Under the pieces are notes generated by a model. The model worked only from the letters and a program-made list of their open reading frames with translations. It searched no databases and was not told the origin of the DNA. Shown one piece after another: positions 42,372-54,259 of a stretch of DNA of 64,000 nt. The stretch comes from Okeania sp. SIO2F5. Its GTDB lineage: Bacteria; Cyanobacteriota; Cyanobacteriia; Cyanobacteriales; Microcoleaceae. The first letter of the stretch is position 1. Every line of letters starts with the position of its first letter. The stretch is from NCBI RefSeq assembly GCF_010692685.1, contig NZ_JAAHGU010000008.1:41619-105618 (forward strand), read 5' to 3'. The translations under genes and the position numbers were made by a program.

Positions 42372-42677
42372 TCAAATCACCTCCAACCACATTTTCAAAT
42401 ATTTTTTGTGGCTAAGTCAAAAAAATCCCCTTTTTTTTCAGTTCTTGCCGGAAATTGCCATAGATATTGATACTAGCAATCAGCTCCTTCTCAGTAATAA
42501 CCCTTGACTATACTACCAAATATTTGTTGTTTTCTTCCTTTTACCTAATTAAACCTACAAGGGAAAAGATAATTAGCGATCGCCCACCCATAACCAAAAT
42601 TTAACCTAACCATATCTACATATAACACCACAAAAATAGGGCGCGAACATTTATAAATGCTCAAACTCACTCAGGGA

Positions 42678-42720
42678 TTACTTCTAACTTCTAACTTCTA
42701 ACTTCTGACTTCTGACTTCA
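42678..42720. repeat. STRR array TTCTAAC x3 / TTCTGAC x2.
   Basis: Read directly. Confidence 0.8.
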
Positions 42721-42798
42721 TAAAATCTACCCCCTTGCCAACGATCCCTAACCATTGGACACTTAGAATGACAATGTTGTTGGCAGTGAGGTTCAACC

Positions 42799-44085
42799 GT
42801 GAAAAACGTACTAAGTATAATTCTAGGCGGTGGCGCAGGTACCCGCCTCTATCCATTAACAAAACTGCGGGCCAAACCAGCAGTACCCCTAGCCGGGAAA
42901 TATCGGTTGATAGATATTCCTATCAGTAACTGCATCAACTCAGACATCGAGAAAATCTATGTTCTGACCCAATTCAACTCAGCTTCTCTAAACCGTCATA
43001 TTACTCGCGCCTACAACTTCCCAGGCTTCAGTGAAGGTTTTGTAGAAGTTCTCGCAGCTCAACAAACTAAAGATAATCCAGAGTGGTTCCAAGGAACCGC
43101 CGATGCTGTCCGCAAATATATCTGGTTATTTAAAGAGTGGGATATTGACTATTACCTAATTCTCTCCGGAGACCATCTCTACCGCATGGACTATCGGGAG
43201 TTTGTCCAACGTCATATTGAAACAAAGGCAGATATTACCCTTTCTGTCTTGCCCATTGATGAAGCACGAGCATCTGATTTTGGTTTAATGAAAATTGATG
43301 ACTCTGGTCGGATTATTGAATTTAGCGAAAAACCTAAAGGGGACGATCTAAAAATTATGGCAGTGGATACCACTGTTTTAGGAGTTAGTCCAGAAGTCGC
43401 TAAAGAACAACCATACATTGCTTCTATGGGGATTTATGTCTTTAATAAAGATGTCATGGTCAAACTATTGGAAGAATCCGAAGCTCCAGATTTTGGTAAG
43501 CAAATTCTACCTAATTCGGCTAAAGATTATAATGTTCAAGCTTACCCATTTGAAGGTTATTGGGAAGATATCGGGACTATTAGGTCATTCTATGAAGCTA
43601 ATTTGGCTTTGACCCAACAACCTCAACCACCTTTTAGCTTTTATGATGAAAAAGCTCCTATCTATACTCGTTCTCGTTACTTACCACCAAGTAAACTTTT
43701 GGATTGTCAAATTACAGAATCAATTGTCGGAGAAGGTTGTATTCTCAAACAATGCCGCATTGACCATTGTGTCTTAGGAGTGCGATCGCGAGTTGAAGCT
43801 GGTTGTGTAATTGAGGACTCTCTGCTGATGGGGGCAGATTACTATGAACCCTTTGCAGAGCGTAAATCTGGGCTACAAAAGGGTATTGTTCCATTGGGAA
43901 TCGGTGCTGAAACTACTGTTCGTGGGGCAATCATTGATAAGAATGCCCGCATTGGTCGCAATGTCCAGATTATTAATAAAGATCGTATAGAGGAAGCTCA
44001 ACGTGAGGATGAAGGATTTATCATTCGTAGCGGTATTGTTGTTGTCTTGAAGAATGCCGTTATCCCAGATGGCACAGTGATCTAG
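42799..44085 (+). CDS. glgC: Glucose-1-phosphate adenylyltransferase (GTG start).
   Basis: N-terminus [41 protein letters not shown]. Full-length ADP-glucose pyrophosphorylase. Confidence 0.9.
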   Translation: MKNVLSIILGGGAGTRLYPLTKLRAKPAVPLAGKYRLIDIPISNCINSDIEKIYVLTQFNSASLNRHITRAYNFPGFSEGFVEVLAAQQTKDNPEWFQGTADAVRKYIWLFKEWDIDYYLILSGDHLYRMDYREFVQRHIETKADITLSVLPIDEARASDFGLMKIDDSGRIIEFSEKPKGDDLKIMAVDTTVLGVSPEVAKEQPYIASMGIYVFNKDVMVKLLEESEAPDFGKQILPNSAKDYNVQAYPFEGYWEDIGTIRSFYEANLALTQQPQPPFSFYDEKAPIYTRSRYLPPSKLLDCQITESIVGEGCILKQCRIDHCVLGVRSRVEAGCVIEDSLLMGADYYEPFAERKSGLQKGIVPLGIGAETTVRGAIIDKNARIGRNVQIINKDRIEEAQREDEGFIIRSGIVVVLKNAVIPDGTVI

Positions 44086-44154
44086 TCAGTGTTTGAGTTT
44101 TAGTGGTTAGTTGGTAGTAAATACCGCTAACCACTAAATGCTAATTGCTAGTTT

Positions 44155-44616
44155 ATGAGCAAACTAATTATTCTTATTGGACTTCCAGCTAGTGGTAAAT
44201 CCACTCTAGCAAGGAAAATAGTTACTAGATATCCTCAGTGTCAATTAATTTCTACTGATGCTATCCGTGCTCAGTTATTTGGTGATGAAGCAATTCAGGG
44301 GCCTTGGCTTCAAGTATGGCAGCAAGTACAGCAAAAATTTTACCAAGCTGTACGCCAGACATCTCTGGCCATATATGACGCTACTAATGTCCAACGTCGG
44401 CAACGACGACAAGTAATTGACCTGGCAAAGGAAAGTGGATTTACCCATCTAACTGGTTTATGGCTTGACAAATCATTAGAATTATGCTTAACAAGAAATC
44501 AACAACGACAGCGTCAAGTTCCTGAAGAAGTAATAATGAAAATGTATCGACAGTTAACAGATGCTCCTCCAAGTTGTGAAGAAGGATTAGATATACTCAA
44601 ACGAATTACTAAATAA
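44155..44616 (+). CDS. P-loop kinase-like ATP-binding protein (AAA_33 / zeta-toxin-like fold).
   Basis: Walker A GLPASGKST. Small size, 153 aa. Confidence 0.55.
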   Translation: MSKLIILIGLPASGKSTLARKIVTRYPQCQLISTDAIRAQLFGDEAIQGPWLQVWQQVQQKFYQAVRQTSLAIYDATNVQRRQRRQVIDLAKESGFTHLTGLWLDKSLELCLTRNQQRQRQVPEEVIMKMYRQLTDAPPSCEEGLDILKRITK

Positions 44617-44687
44617 GGTAGGCGTTGAAAATTATTGTTATCGCAAACCATAAAACTGAAGAGAAGAGGTTTTTTCGCACTTTACTG

Positions 44688-44998
44688 AATAATTAGGGTT
44701 TGCTGAAAAAGTCTTATTGGTGAGGGTAGGAGACAACCCACCCCTAACCCCTCCGGTGGAGGGGAATACTGGAGACAGGAGACAACCCACCCCTAACCCC
44801 TCCGGTGGAGGGGAGAAATAGGAATGAGCGAGGAAGTTAGGAGTAAGAATTGTCCCTGAATTTTTCTGCCCAACTATGCGCCTAAAATACGCTCCTTTTT
44901 GAGCGTGAAGAGCTGAAAAACAGGCACTTTTTTTGAACAAAAAAAGGCTAAAACCTTTATCTGTAAATACTTTTAGATTTAATCAGCAAGCCCTAATT
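44688..44998 (-). mobile_element. MITE family A copy 3, with its internal 40-bp unit duplicated.
   Basis: TIRs are AATTAGGGTTTGCTGA / TCAGCAAGCCCTAATT. The core is conserved. Confidence 0.7.
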
Positions 44999-45845
44999 AA
45001 GATTTAAAGCCTCTACGCATCAAAACAAGAAAAAAAAATCTTTTAGTCAATCCTCTGATTTTAAGGAAAGGGAGTTGTTAGTTATTAATTACTAAAATCA
45101 GATTTTCTCTACATAAAATATTCATTAAATTTCTCCCTATATTACAACTAAAAAAAATAGCTTTAATTCTGACATTTTTCATAATTCATAATTAACTTTT
45201 AATGTGGAGTCATAGAACTAAAATTTTTTAGTACAGCCATAAAAATTCAATACTTTGCAGGTAATAGTTTGAACTCAAGCTGATAGATGATAGCTGAGTG
45301 CCTATAGATAAAGTATAAATAAATATAGAGAAATATAGAGTACGGCAATTGCTATTACTCTTTCAGGAAAAACCGAACTTAAATAAATATTAAACCTTGA
45401 TAACTTGAAAGAAGTAAAGTCAAAAATTAAAATTCAGCCCGATTGATTAGTTACTAATATCTGGCAGTAGTTTTTTTATAAAAAATGTTGCCAACTAGGA
45501 GATGGGTTGAAACTAACTTCTACTTAAGAAAGCATAACAATCTTATCTGAGTTGATGAATATTGCATCTGAAAAATCAAAAAAACACTTGAAACTAGATA
45601 TACAGCAGATTAGGTTGTATATGAAGTACAGATGTTAACGAGGGAATTTCTACAGTATGGGCATCTTGCCCGCTATGGGTGTGCCTCACACCTGATGAAA
45701 TCTGATGTATATATAAAATATATATTACTTTTGACTTTTAAGACTTGACATTTATCATTAATGGTTTTCTTATAATTAATCATTAAGCAATCATAATATT
45801 ACATTCACATTAATCTGAAAAATATTAAAATAAGGAGATAGATAA

Positions 45846-46859
45846 ATGGCTACAACTGATTTTAAAGACTATTATTCAATCTTAGGTTTAACTAAAAGCG
45901 CTACTGCCGAAGAAATAAAAAAAGCTTATCGTAAATTAGCAAGGAAGTACCACCCAGATATGAACCCGGGTGACAAGAAAGCAGAAGCTCGTTTTAAAGA
46001 AGTTAATGAAGCTTATGAAGTTTTATCAGATCCAGAAAAACGTAAAAAGTATGACCAATTTGGTCAATACTGGAATCAAGTCGGTTCCACAAGTGGCGGA
46101 TGGCCTGGAGGTACTGGTGGTACTACCGTAGATTTTGGAGGTTTCGATTTTAGTCAGTATGCCAGTTTTGAAGATTTTATCAATACCTTATTAGGGCGTG
46201 GTGGAACTCCAGGTAGTGGTAATGTTGGTGGACGACAAACTTATACCTACAAGACTAATACAGGTTGGCCAGGGGGATTTAATAATGGATTTGATGGTTT
46301 TTCTAATTTTGAAAATCGTCAGTCAGGAGCTTCTCTGAATTTAGAAGCTGATATTACTCTTACTTTTTCAGAAGCTTTCCGAGGAACACAGAAACGTGTG
46401 GGTAGTGGAGAAGTTTCTATTCCTCCAGGGGTAAAACCAGGAAGTAAAATTCGAGTTAAAGGTAGAGGTCAATTAGATCCATACACTAAGAAAAGAGGAG
46501 ATTTGTATCTAAAGGTAGAAATTCAGTCTCATTCTTTTTTCCAGTTTGATGGAGAGAACTTACTTTGTGAAGTACCAATAACTCCTGATGAAGCTGTATT
46601 AGGTACATCTATTGAAGTACCAACTCCTGATGGTATGGTGAATGTTAATATTCCTGCGGGTATTCGTTCCGGTCAGTCTTTACGGTTACGAGGTAAGGGA
46701 TGGCCAAAAGCTAAGTCAGGGGGACGTACTGACCAGTTAGTACGGGTTACTATTACTGTCCCCAAAGATATTAGTGCTATAGAAAAAGAGTGCTACGAAA
46801 AAATTAAAGCTAATCGCACTTTCAACCCTCGTAGTCATTTACAAAATATATTTTTGTAG
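45846..46859 (+). CDS. DnaJ-family chaperone of type II/III: J domain, G/F region and C-terminal substrate-binding domains, with no CxxCxGxG zinc finger.
   Basis: DYYSILGL ... [15 protein letters not shown] ... YDQFG, followed by a Gly-rich region. Confidence 0.8.
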   Translation: MATTDFKDYYSILGLTKSATAEEIKKAYRKLARKYHPDMNPGDKKAEARFKEVNEAYEVLSDPEKRKKYDQFGQYWNQVGSTSGGWPGGTGGTTVDFGGFDFSQYASFEDFINTLLGRGGTPGSGNVGGRQTYTYKTNTGWPGGFNNGFDGFSNFENRQSGASLNLEADITLTFSEAFRGTQKRVGSGEVSIPPGVKPGSKIRVKGRGQLDPYTKKRGDLYLKVEIQSHSFFQFDGENLLCEVPITPDEAVLGTSIEVPTPDGMVNVNIPAGIRSGQSLRLRGKGWPKAKSGGRTDQLVRVTITVPKDISAIEKECYEKIKANRTFNPRSHLQNIFL

Positions 46860-46874
46860 TTTAAGTCCACTTGG

Positions 46875-46912
46875 GAGATGGGGAGATGGGGAGATGGGGA
46901 GATGGGGAGTGG
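46875..46912. repeat. STRR array GGGGAGAT x4.
   Basis: Read directly. Confidence 0.8.
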
Positions 46913-46974
46913 AAAAAACTGTTCCTTATCAATCGTTATCTTCTAAAGAATATCAAGATAATTTTCTCTACAAA

Positions 46975-47645
46975 TAAACTCAGGACTTACGCAAATTGAC
47001 TTTTAACCCACCATCTGTAGGGGCGAATACCATTCGCCCTCGCTATATGTAGGGCTTGCTGAATAGCATTGTAATCAATACCTACAAATGCTTCCAGGGT
47101 TAAATAGGGCTTACCGATCTAATCTAAAAGCATTGACATATAAAGATTTTAGCCTTTTTGGGGCTTTGAAAAAGTGCGCCTGTTTCAGTCTAAAACGCTC
47201 AAAAAGGAGCGTATTTTAGGCGCATAGTTGGGCAGAAAAATTCAGGGACAATTCTTACTCCTAACTTCCTCGCTCATTCCTATTTCTCTCCTCCACCGGA
47301 GGGGGAGGGGCGAGGGGTGGGTTGTCTCCTGTCTCCAGTATTCCCCTCCACCGGAGGGGGAGGGGCGAGGGGTGGGTTGTCTCCTACCCCAGCAAAAAGA
47401 CTTTCCATACGCAAACCCTAAATATTGCTGAAAAAGTACAAGGTTTTTGGCTCAATTTGCATCAAAATGCTAATATTTTTCCCCTGACTATCAGAAAATT
47501 TGGCCGTAGCAGATAGTCTAAACTTTTACCTGTTGCCTATCATCACCATCAGACTTTTTCAGCAAACCCTAAATATAGTGAGGGCGAATGCCATTCGCCC
47601 CTACAGATGGTGTTTAAAAGGTTGATTTGCGTAAGTCCCGATCTA
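46975..47645. mobile_element. Composite nested element. A family D palindromic element is split at its centre by a MITE family A copy (copy 4, 47050-47573), which itself has partial TIR duplications.
   Basis: Outer ends are AGGACTTACGCAAAT...TTTGCGTAAGTCC. The inner arms are CTGTAGGGGCGAATACCATTCGCCCTCGCTATAT | family A | ATATAGTGAGGGCGAATGCCATTCGCCCCTACAG. Confidence 0.6.
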
Positions 47646-47733
47646 TAAATCTATTCCTTATCAATCGTCATCTTCTATAGAATATCAAGATACAAGATAA
47701 TTTTCTCCACAAGTAAAACTACTTCATTTCTTC

Positions 47734-50145
47734 TTAACGTGGCTGAATATACTCATAATCATAATATCTCTGATAATAAGAATCAGCTTGATCCCCATTA
47801 CCAACTATTCCCAACATTGGTACTCCTGCCATACTCAAGTCATCTAGAGCTAAACTTAAAGCTTCTCGCTCTGTCTTACCTAACCCCACTACTAACATTA
47901 ATCCATTAGTACAAGCTGATAATAAACTAGCATCTGCTCGGCCCAATAATGGTGCTGTGTCGCAAATAACTAAATCAAAATTTGTAGCTGCATCTTGAAT
48001 TAATTGGTGCATCTGCGGTGAGGACAAAATTTTCGTTGGGTCTGGCGGAATTGGGCCAGATGTTAAAACAAATAGATTTTCATCCACAGGCGATCGCTGA
48101 ATTGCTGTTTCTATTGGCACACCATCGGCAATTATACTACTCAAACCCTGTTGATTAGAGAGTCCCATCATATTATGAATTTGTGGACAACGTAGGTCGC
48201 CATCTATTAATAGTACCCGTTGACCCATAGCGGCAGCTGCCCTGGCCAAATGACCTGCTACTGTAGATTTACCATCCCCTGGTGTTGCGGAACTAATAAC
48301 AAAAGAATGAATGGGATTTTCTATATTTAGGAGACGAATATTAGCATTTAAAGTGCGGAAGGCTTCTTGAAAAGCTGAAGGATATAATACTAAAGATGAA
48401 CTGTTATTTTCTTTTAGTTCATCGTTCATCCAGTTTCTTTGTTCATGTATAGGAATTATTCCTAACAATGGCAACCCAATAGATTTTTTGACTTCTTTTG
48501 GTGTTTGAAAAACGTCTTGTTGAAATCCTTCTCCAAATTTAGCTAATAATATTCCTAATAATAATCCTGTTACTCCTCCGAGGGCAAGATTTAATATCAT
48601 ATTTGGAGAGATTGTTACTAACTCGCCATTTTGAGTTTTTAGTAATTCTGGTGGTGCAATTAATTCCCAAGGTTGTACTTTTTCAAAGACTACTTCTATC
48701 TGTAATTGCTGTTGTTTTTCTAATAAATCTTTGAGTATATTATTTGAGTTTTTCAATTCTTGCTGAATTTCTTGATAACGCCTTACTACTTCTGGCATTT
48801 TTGAAATATATTCATTTAATTTTGCCTCAGCTTCATCTAATACTTTACTCCGGACTTCGAGAACTTCAATTTGATTAGCTGCCAAGATCATTTTATGAAT
48901 TAACTCTAAGCGAACCGAGTCTTGAAAAGCTAAAGCTTTTTTACTTACTTCTTCTATATCTCTACCAATAACTTTTTCTGCTTCTTGATTTAATAAAGGC
49001 AGTAATTTTTCTCGTTGTTGATATAAAGCTCGCATTTGCGGTGCTTTTTCTTTAAACCGAGCTGATTCCAGAGCAATTGTTGTTTCTACTTCCTGTAATT
49101 TATTTAGTAATGATTGATATCTTGCTGCTTGACTTAAAGCTGAAGCCATCAAAGCTTCTTCTGGATTAATTCCCAACTGACTCTGTAATATAGCATGGAG
49201 CGATCGCTGTTGGTCTAGTAATATTTTATTCTCTAGTTTTTGTGATTGAATTTGATTACTTTCTGCTGCTATTTCTTGACTTTTGAGTTCTGGGTTAATA
49301 AACAGATATTCTTGTTGTAGTTGCTGTGACTCCTTCCGTAATTCTTTGATTTTTTGTTGATTTTTTGAAATTTGTTCCTCAATAAAATCCAATCCTTCAT
49401 CAGTATTAGTTTTCTGGTCATTTTGACCATACTCAGTGTAAGCTGCTGCTAGTTTATCTAAGACAAACTGAATTTTTTTGACATCCGAATCTCGATAGCT
49501 AACTTCTATAATTTTTGTATTATCTAATCTTTGAATTTTTAATTTCTCTTGACTAAAAAGTTGTCTCTCTGGTTTTTTAAACAAAAAATTATAATTTATT
49601 TCCGGATATTCTTTTTGTATCTCCCCAATTATTGACTGCATAAATTGCGGACTTTTTAATACTTGAATTTGAGATTGATAATCTAAGCCATACTTATCTA
49701 ATTCTTGATTTTGTTGAATATTTTGGTTGGGAGATGAAGTGATTTTCTCTTGCCCTGTTCCATAAATAATTTGTGCTGCTTGTTGTTCCCAATTTTCTTG
49801 ATTGTTTGTAGTTAAATTTCGTGTTTCTGTACCTAATTGATAATTAACTGGATTAGTAATTGTAACTGGTTCAACTAATATTTTAAATTTTCCCTCATAT
49901 ATAGGAATCTGATTTAAAGTCCAGAAATATGCTCCTGTTGTTGTGGCAGTTGCGACACTGAAAATCAAGAAAAAACGATGACATACTAAATTCCAAATTT
50001 TATTTTCTTTTTGAGATAATTTTTCCTCTAGTTGATGAAATTCAGCTTCATAGATATATTGATTCTGATTAAAATTTTTCCTCCGGTCTAAGAGTTTACC
50101 GTGATTATTATATAAAGATAATTGAGAAATTTTTTCTGGTTCCAT
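47734..50145 (-). CDS. Polysaccharide co-polymerase / tyrosine autokinase (Wzc/GumC-like).
   Basis: N-terminal Wzz-like domain with a TM. The C-terminal BY-kinase has Walker A ATPGDGKSTVA, a DGDLRCPQ motif and a C-terminal Tyr cluster YYQRYYDYEY. Confidence 0.85.
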   Translation of the reverse strand: MEPEKISQLSLYNNHGKLLDRRKNFNQNQYIYEAEFHQLEEKLSQKENKIWNLVCHRFFLIFSVATATTTGAYFWTLNQIPIYEGKFKILVEPVTITNPVNYQLGTETRNLTTNNQENWEQQAAQIIYGTGQEKITSSPNQNIQQNQELDKYGLDYQSQIQVLKSPQFMQSIIGEIQKEYPEINYNFLFKKPERQLFSQEKLKIQRLDNTKIIEVSYRDSDVKKIQFVLDKLAAAYTEYGQNDQKTNTDEGLDFIEEQISKNQQKIKELRKESQQLQQEYLFINPELKSQEIAAESNQIQSQKLENKILLDQQRSLHAILQSQLGINPEEALMASALSQAARYQSLLNKLQEVETTIALESARFKEKAPQMRALYQQREKLLPLLNQEAEKVIGRDIEEVSKKALAFQDSVRLELIHKMILAANQIEVLEVRSKVLDEAEAKLNEYISKMPEVVRRYQEIQQELKNSNNILKDLLEKQQQLQIEVVFEKVQPWELIAPPELLKTQNGELVTISPNMILNLALGGVTGLLLGILLAKFGEGFQQDVFQTPKEVKKSIGLPLLGIIPIHEQRNWMNDELKENNSSSLVLYPSAFQEAFRTLNANIRLLNIENPIHSFVISSATPGDGKSTVAGHLARAAAAMGQRVLLIDGDLRCPQIHNMMGLSNQQGLSSIIADGVPIETAIQRSPVDENLFVLTSGPIPPDPTKILSSPQMHQLIQDAATNFDLVICDTAPLLGRADASLLSACTNGLMLVVGLGKTEREALSLALDDLSMAGVPMLGIVGNGDQADSYYQRYYDYEYIQPR

Positions 50146-50653
50146 ATCTATAAATTTCCAAGTTAAAAATAAAGTTATTACTGTGACTCAAGCAAGATAA
50201 TTTTAAAAATATCCATGGCATACCTGCAACTATTATATACAGCAGATTCGGCGGTATATGAGGTACAAAAATTAACGCTCGAATTTTTGCATTGTCAGAT
50301 GAAAAGATGAATTATAGCGAAATTGGCTTTTTCCTCGATCAAATTTTATAGAACCCATTTGAGATCTATATAATTATGGTAGTCAAGTATTTTTGCGCAT
50401 CAATTTTGAGGAAAAATCATCTGAAGGAGTGTTGAATTTTTTGTATTATTTCTCCCCACATATTCCCTCTTTTCTGTTATACCAATTCCAAAAAATAATA
50501 CTATACTTCCGATGAACTTCAGTTATTAAGTAATAATAATGATTCAGTAATCAATGTAGAGGATTATCGGCATTAATACAAAATATCTTGTGCCTTTGAA
50601 CCCTACTACCTACTGCCTAGGAGATGTAGCAAAACTTTTGAGAAATGGTATTA

Positions 50654-50688
<35 letters not shown>

Positions 50689-51039
50689 GCTAAAAAAACT
50701 TAGTATTTATGAAGATACCAAATGGGTTCTATAATTTACCATTCTCTCAATCATCTTCTCTTTTGACAACGCACGAATTTTTGTATTGCAGGCATATTAT
50801 CCGCCACAGATACACATCACTGAGATGAAACACCCTGTATCTTCATTCAATAATTTTAATTCTAAACTAAGACGCATCTTAATTTTATATTCTCTGTTGG
50901 GGAATTTTTTTCGAGTTTCATATTTATAAATTTAACAGTTAAAAATAAGACGTTGTACAGTGACGAATGATTTTAGATTTTTGATTGAATTTGATTTTGG
51001 ATTAATCAATTGCTAGAATGATTAATTATTCCTCTGCTG

Positions 51040-51254
51040 ATTAAATCTAAAAGTCTTTACAGATAAAGGTAAGTGTTTTTTTAAGTATCAAAAAGTGCTA
51101 GGTTTTAGGTGGTAATAGTTCAAAAATTTAGGATTTTGGTCAAGAGTTGGGCAGAAAAATCACTCTTATGATTCTTCCTACTATCTCCTCTATAATTCCC
51201 CTAACTCCTGACTCCTCCCCTCACTCACAAGACTTTTTCAACAAACCCTAATTA
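51040..51254 (+). mobile_element. MITE family A copy 5, with a degraded left TIR.
   Basis: Core CTGATTAAATCTAAAAG ... GGGCAGAAAAATCA ... and right TIR TCAACAAACCCTAATT. Confidence 0.5.
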
Positions 51255-52049
51255 ATGGTTTTTTTAGTCAAAGTCTAACTAATTTTTGGCAATATCATTC
51301 CATAGCGTGCAAACCCAAAAATAAAGTTATTACTATGACTCAAACAAGATAAATTTAAGAATATTTCATAGCAGACCTAGAACTGCTACATATCTTTATT
51401 CAATAATTTTATAGCGGTTTTCACAAAGGTAGACTACAGACAAAATATAAGTATGTTTGAAGTCCAGATAATTCACACCTAATAGCTGTATTCTATGTTA
51501 ATGAAAACCGCTATAATTCTCAGCTAAGACCAAATTTAGTTTTATACTATCTTTTGCCTGTTGGCTTTCCCAAAATTGAGATATATAGCTTAAATTTTTA
51601 ACAGTTTAATAAACATCTCTAAAATTATATAAAGCTTTGAGCAAATACTTGTATGAGGAAAAGTTTTTCCCACTAACTATTGTATTTTCCCTACTATGAT
51701 ATGGAGCTTCTGATATATCAAAGGAAAAGTTGGCGTTGGTAAAGAGCGTGTATGATATTAATCTTAATTCTTTAGGAGTCAGGAGTCAGGACAGAAGAAA
51801 TAAGAAGAAAGAGTAGTAGAAGAGAAAGTCTTTTGTTAACGCTCTGATCCAGGCATGATTCATACCTCAAATTACCAACGCCGAAAAGTTTCCCACTATT
51901 GCCTGTTCCCTAATATATATGGAGCTTCTTAATATAGCACTCGAAGTAAATGTTAGGAACATCAAAAGCTTAAACAACGCAATATTTTCCCTTCTTCCTT
52001 CTTGCCTCTTCCTTCTCTCCTAGATAACTAAAGCCTTCTTCCTTCCCAG

Positions 52050-53705
52050 CTAATCAAAAATATCTAAAAATACCCCTAAAATTCTATTAATAGGACTGAA
52101 AGGAGCTAAAACACCTCTAACATTATCAGTCAAAGCTGCCCTACCAGAACGACCAACTAAAATTACATCATTATTAAGTAAAGTAGGGTTAGTTTCTTCA
52201 TTAACTTTTGCAGAAAAATCTACCTGTACCTGACGACGAGTAACCGTACCATTCGGGTTGAGACGAATAAGCTCCACTTCTTCAGTTTCAGCTCTTCCCT
52301 GGTTAAAACCCCCTGCCGCTAATAAAGCTTGATTAAGCGTACTATTAGGAACCATAGAAATTATCCCAGGATTAACAACTTCTCCAATAAGATTAATTTT
52401 TAGATTGCCAGGAGAAAAACTTGATGCGGTAACTTCAGCTAATTCATCCAAGTTAACTTCATCTGCTACTGGCACATAAATTGTATCTCCTGACTCTAAA
52501 ACTAGGTCTTGGTTTAAATCTCCATTTTGCAGAAGTTGCCAAAGGTCTACTTTTATAACTTGTTCTGTACCAGCACGAGTTAGTCGGCGTACCATTATTT
52601 GCCGAATATCTGCAGATGGAGTAATACCTCCTGCCATTTTAATCGCTTTAGTGACAGTATGCAAATTAGTATTTTGAGAAGATGAAATATTGTTATCTGC
52701 TTCCGTAGAATCTGAGTTTTCTTCTGTAGCTGAAAGTTGACTTTGGTCAATACCTGTTTCTAATATATATGGACCAGGCCGTGCCACCTCTCCCACCACT
52801 GCAATATTGAGAGGTTGAGTATTAGTACCAGCAAAGTTAGCATTTACTAATTGAGAAGACTCTACTGGATTAACTTCAGTAATACTAGGGACAAATAAAG
52901 TATCCCCATCCCGCAGAGGAATATCTTGACGCAAGTTACCATCTTGCAGTAGTTCCCATAAATTAATATTGATGACTTGCTCTGGAGCATTGAGTTGGGT
53001 GCGACGAATTTTGATTTGCCTGACATCTGCTGAAGTTGTCACTCCACCTGCTACCTGTAATGCTTTAGTCACTGTAGGTAATTGAGTCCCACTTTGAGTA
53101 TCCTCCCCTCCATCGACAATGGGAGAAATAGTATATGAACCTGGATGTTGGACTTCTCCAGCGATCGCTATTTTTAATGGACGTGCTGCTAGGAGATTGA
53201 GATTAACTATAGATATTTGTAGATATTCGCTGTATTTTTCTTGAATTAATTCTTTTGCTTCATCTAGAGTCTTTCCCTCAACTAATACGTTACCTACCAA
53301 TGGCAAATTAAGAGTCCCATCAATTTGCACTTGATGTTGGCCATTTTTCCCACTATATTCTGGTATGTTAAAGATATCTATTTGAATGCGATCGCCGCCG
53401 CCCAGTGTATATGCTGTTGAGTCTGGTAAAGGAGTTTCTGGTTCAGGAATAGATATTGGTTCTGGTGCTGGAGCAAGCAGTGGTGGTTTTGCTTCCGTAC
53501 CTTCAGGCAAAGGTTCTGTGAGTTTTGGTAAAGTTGAGTTTGCTGGTGCTTTCTGAAATTTTTGAGAGAGGGGTTGAGCTTGTGCAGAATATGCCAATCC
53601 CCAGCAACTGGATAATAAAACTATTATTCCATAACTTAGATTTTTGGACAAAGATATGATTAGCAAAATGTCATCTTCCCAGTATCTAGATTTATTTTGC
53701 CTCAT
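52050..53705 (-). CDS. Polysaccharide export protein (Wza/GumB-like) with tandem SLBB domains.
   Basis: Signal peptide, a Poly_export-like block, and three SLBB-like repeats (V/ITKAL..AGG.T..ADVRQI). Confidence 0.75.
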   Translation of the reverse strand: MRQNKSRYWEDDILLIISLSKNLSYGIIVLLSSCWGLAYSAQAQPLSQKFQKAPANSTLPKLTEPLPEGTEAKPPLLAPAPEPISIPEPETPLPDSTAYTLGGGDRIQIDIFNIPEYSGKNGQHQVQIDGTLNLPLVGNVLVEGKTLDEAKELIQEKYSEYLQISIVNLNLLAARPLKIAIAGEVQHPGSYTISPIVDGGEDTQSGTQLPTVTKALQVAGGVTTSADVRQIKIRRTQLNAPEQVININLWELLQDGNLRQDIPLRDGDTLFVPSITEVNPVESSQLVNANFAGTNTQPLNIAVVGEVARPGPYILETGIDQSQLSATEENSDSTEADNNISSSQNTNLHTVTKAIKMAGGITPSADIRQIMVRRLTRAGTEQVIKVDLWQLLQNGDLNQDLVLESGDTIYVPVADEVNLDELAEVTASSFSPGNLKINLIGEVVNPGIISMVPNSTLNQALLAAGGFNQGRAETEEVELIRLNPNGTVTRRQVQVDFSAKVNEETNPTLLNNDVILVGRSGRAALTDNVRGVLAPFSPINRILGVFLDIFD

Positions 53706-53731
53706 TGCTGAATCCCTCCCTATTCTTTAGA

Positions 53732-54259
53732 TTACGCTAAATGACCTGATTTTTCTAAACTATTAATTATATGAGCCACACTTTCTTCTAATGTTTCTTT
53801 ATCTGTGTGGCAAGTAATTTCTGGATTTTCTGGTGCCTCGTAAGGGTCGTCAATACCAGTAAAATTTTTAATTTCTCCTGCCCTAGCTTTGGCATATAAT
53901 CCTTTTACATCCCGTGTTTCACATACTGCTAAAGGTGCGTTTATATAAACTTCTATAAAATTTTCATCCATTTCCCTAATTTGATTGCGTATTTCTCTGT
54001 AGGGACTAATTGCTGCGGTAATTGCTACTACTCCGTTACGACTGAGGAGATGAGCTACAAATCCAATTCTCCGGACATTTATATCTCGGTCTTCTTTGCT
54101 AAAAGTTAACCCTTTTGATAGATTTTCTCGAACTATATCTCCATCTAATATCTCTACTTTACGACCTCTTTCTCTTAATTTTTCTGCCACAACCTTACTA
54201 ATAGTTGTTTTCCCAGCTCCACTTAAGCCTGTAAACCAAAGAATAAACCCTTTTTCCAT
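53732..54259 (-). CDS. cysC: Adenylyl-sulfate kinase.
   Basis: P-loop GLSGAGKTT and the APS-kinase family pattern. Confidence 0.9.
   Translation of the reverse strand: MEKGFILWFTGLSGAGKTTISKVVAEKLRERGRKVEILDGDIVRENLSKGLTFSKEDRDINVRRIGFVAHLLSRNGVVAITAAISPYREIRNQIREMDENFIEVYINAPLAVCETRDVKGLYAKARAGEIKNFTGIDDPYEAPENPEITCHTDKETLEESVAHIINSLEKSGHLA

Larger units (their letters stand above)
40850..42480 (-). mobile_element. IS200/IS605-family element of IS1341 type, carrying tnpB only.
   Basis: A single TnpB-like ORF with no tnpA. The ends are approximate. Confidence 0.6.

Noticed and set aside
42735-42929. 64-aa ORF overlapping the glgC start.
   Set aside because: Out of frame with the well-supported glgC N-terminus.
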